DNA from: an uncultured Nitrososphaeraceae archaeon | GTDB taxonomy: Archaea > Thermoproteota > Nitrososphaeria > Nitrososphaerales > Nitrososphaeraceae | Assembly (NCBI GenBank): GCA_963729045.1 | Contig: CAVSMN010000007.1 | Location: forward strand, 1-64,000 | Direction: 5' to 3' | DNA length: 64,000 nucleotides | Shown here: in pieces, positions 61,868 to 64,000 of the stretch | Numbering within the stretch: position 1 is the first letter of the stretch | How the letters are laid out: each line of letters starts with the position of its first letter | Notes under the pieces: generated by a model | Databases searched by the model: none | Seen by the model: only the letters and a program-made list of their open reading frames with translations | Told to the model about the DNA's origin: nothing | Made by a program: the position numbers and the translations under genes

Positions 61868-63211
61868 ATGCAAACCTCATTGCAAGTTGAAGGGTTGATC
61901 AAGGAGTTCATGGATGTGAGAAATACGACCTTGGAATTATTTTCTCCTCTGGAAATTGAGGATGCAGTGATGCAGTCGAGTGATTTTGGAAGCCCGCCTA
62001 ATTGGCACATAGCACACGTGACATGGTTTTTTCACAAGATATTAGAGAAATATTCTAAAAGCTATAACAGCTATGATGACGATTTTAACCTCTCATATTT
62101 GAATTCTTATTATCAAAAATACGGGTCAATTCTCAAGAAAAGTGACAGAGGGAGATATCCAAGACCCACCGTAATGCAAACTATCAAGTACAGGAAGGAA
62201 ATTGAGAAACTATTTGTAGACTTTATAAAATTGAGAACCAATGACCCAAAAGACTATTCAGATGAATTAATATTAGACATCTATACGGCAATTAATCACG
62301 AAAGACAGCATCAGGAGCTGATGATTTATGATTTTCAATACTATTATAATCGATTTCCTGACGATTCTGACAACTATGTTCCAAGAAAGGTTAATACCCC
62401 TCTTGTCGTGGAACAAGTTCCAAAAGAAATGATACATATTGATGGCGGTTTATTTTTGCTTGGCTATAAAGGTAAAGAGTTTTGTTACGATAATGAGTTA
62501 CCAGAAAACCAAGTTTATTTGAATAAGTACAAGATTGATAATAAATTAGTTACAAACCAGGAATTCCTGGAATTTGTTGAAGCAGGCGGATATCAAAATT
62601 ACCGATATTGGTTAGCGGATGGCTGGGATATGGTATTGTCTGAAAATTGGAACTCACCGCTTTATTGGATGTTTAACAAAGACGATAAAAAATGGAAAAA
62701 AAAGGATTTTCGAGGTACTCAGGAAATTAGAATGGATGAACCAGTTGTAAATTTGAGCTATTATGAAGCTGATGCTTTTTGTAAATGGGCCAAAAAGAGG
62801 TTGCCAACTGAGGCCGAATGGGAAAAAGCTGCTTCATGGGATAGCAATTCTAATTCCAAAACAATTTATCCTTGGGGTAATACTCAAATGACTAATGAAA
62901 ACGCCAATCTTCTAGATTCTCATTTATGGCATCCTGTTGAAGCCGGTTGCTACCCAAAGGGCAAGAGTCACTACGGGTGCTATCAAATGATCGGCGATGT
63001 TTGGGAATGGACTTCGTCTGAATATGTGTTATATCCCGGTTTTCAATCCAGATTTGAGGAATATACTGACAAATGGGCAATTAATCAAAAGGTACTTCGT
63101 GGAGGGAGCTTTGCTACTCCAAAAGAGCAAATACGTAGTAGCTACAGAAACTATTTCAAACCTCATGATCGGATACTCTTTTCAGGTTTTAGATGTGCAG
63201 CTGACGCATAA
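61868..63211 (+). CDS. egtB: Ergothioneine sulfoxide synthase EgtB (DinB + FGE-like domains)
   Basis: SPPNWHIAHVTWFF, HERQHQEL iron ligands, RLPTEAEWEKAA and SGFRCA. Confidence 0.88.
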   Translation: MQTSLQVEGLIKEFMDVRNTTLELFSPLEIEDAVMQSSDFGSPPNWHIAHVTWFFHKILEKYSKSYNSYDDDFNLSYLNSYYQKYGSILKKSDRGRYPRPTVMQTIKYRKEIEKLFVDFIKLRTNDPKDYSDELILDIYTAINHERQHQELMIYDFQYYYNRFPDDSDNYVPRKVNTPLVVEQVPKEMIHIDGGLFLLGYKGKEFCYDNELPENQVYLNKYKIDNKLVTNQEFLEFVEAGGYQNYRYWLADGWDMVLSENWNSPLYWMFNKDDKKWKKKDFRGTQEIRMDEPVVNLSYYEADAFCKWAKKRLPTEAEWEKAASWDSNSNSKTIYPWGNTQMTNENANLLDSHLWHPVEAGCYPKGKSHYGCYQMIGDVWEWTSSEYVLYPGFQSRFEEYTDKWAINQKVLRGGSFATPKEQIRSSYRNYFKPHDRILFSGFRCAADA

Positions 63212-63241
63212 ATTTTCAATTGAGAAAATTGGGTCAGGTTG

Positions 63242-64000
63242 TCAATCTGAGATATTTAATTCTACTTTCTTTAAAATAGAAAAATCTTGGCCTTCTAATC
63301 CTATCATCAAGGAGTAGTTTCCTGGGGGAATATGTTGCGTTCCTCCCAGGGTGACATCTATCTTCCCTAGGTGAGTTGTTTCATTTTCTATTAATTCTTG
63401 GGAGTCAATTTCAATAATTTCAGGATTAAAAGAAACCTGCATACCCATTAAGTCTCCATTAGGTACAAATGTCCCTGAGATTATTGGCTTAAAGAAGATC
63501 GTGCCATTGTTGGTGAAAGCTTGCATGTGTTTCTGGAAGTCAAAACCTGGATCACTTTTGTTAACGGATATCTCTATACTTTCAATACTATTGTTACCAT
63601 TACGCAGGCTTATTACTTTAGGATTAACGGACAGAGATATGGGGATAACTTTATCTAAATTAATAAAACCTATCTTATTTTCCGATTGTTCTGTAAACCA
63701 GACACCTGATCCAATGCCCGACGAATCATTGGATGACTCTGTCGATACGTCAAATTGCAGTACGTTAGAATAGCCGCATTGATTGCTACTATTGATAGGA
63801 TCGCATACAGAATAATGAATATTTTGTGTTGGTATCCAATACTCAATCAATGTATCATTGTCTGGGACAAATCTCGCAATTTTGTTTCCGACATGTTCGT
63901 TAGTCCAAATCGAATTATCTTTGGTAGTCTTTATCCAATAGGGTAAGGTATTTTTGTATAGATTTACAGATTTGTTTGAGATGTCGTTATAATCAATTCC
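63242..64000 (-). CDS. Vgb-lyase-like beta-propeller protein, C-terminal part (5' end outside the window)
   Basis: Frame open to the window edge: LPYWIK...IWTNEHVGNKIARF...LIEYWIP...VWFTEQSENKIGFI. Confidence 0.7.
   Translation of the reverse strand, partial: GIDYNDISNKSVNLYKNTLPYWIKTTKDNSIWTNEHVGNKIARFVPDNDTLIEYWIPTQNIHYSVCDPINSSNQCGYSNVLQFDVSTESSNDSSGIGSGVWFTEQSENKIGFINLDKVIPISLSVNPKVISLRNGNNSIESIEISVNKSDPGFDFQKHMQAFTNNGTIFFKPIISGTFVPNGDLMGMQVSFNPEIIEIDSQELIENETTHLGKIDVTLGGTQHIPPGNYSLMIGLEGQDFSILKKVELNISD

Noticed and set aside
58206..63211. Selenoneine cluster, or the class V aminotransferase acting as EgtE
   Set aside because: No senB or selD neighbours; the aminotransferase looks like the serine-pyruvate type and is separated from egtB by unrelated genes.

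Overview
AT-rich archaeal chromosomal segment. Gene content (aIF2-alpha/nop10, egsA, taw1, an intron-containing tRNA-His, PoK/PPS CoA pathway, anaerobic cobalamin genes, bacterial-type metK, uvrBAC) points to a soil-type ammonia-oxidising archaeon (Nitrososphaerales, probably Nitrosocosmicus-like; this is inference). Most of the window is housekeeping: CoA synthesis (pok-pps-panB-coaBC), B12 synthesis (cbtB, cobO, cbiD/G/X/C/A), excision repair, lipid genes (ino1, egsA, GGR-like) and egtB. The accessory parts are a ~10 kb glycan-modification island (GT-C-like membrane protein, four soluble glycosyltransferases, two methyltransferases, a glutaminase-less AsnB), a decayed IS5-like element with extra terminal repeats, and three exported repeat proteins. 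Features missing from the ORF track: nop10, tRNA-His(GUG) with a 30-nt BHB intron, a split-barrel flavoprotein pseudogene, and a well-formed candidate box C/D guide RNA at 56859-56927 (-). About 20 single-base frameshifts, mostly +1 and several in core genes, look like long-read consensus errors, so split genes are reported as single CDSs. The best candidates for something undescribed are the glycan island with its STT3-like but WWD-less GT-C, the stand-alone MtrA-like corrinoid protein beside cobO, and the C/D sRNA. None of these can be proven novel without database searches.
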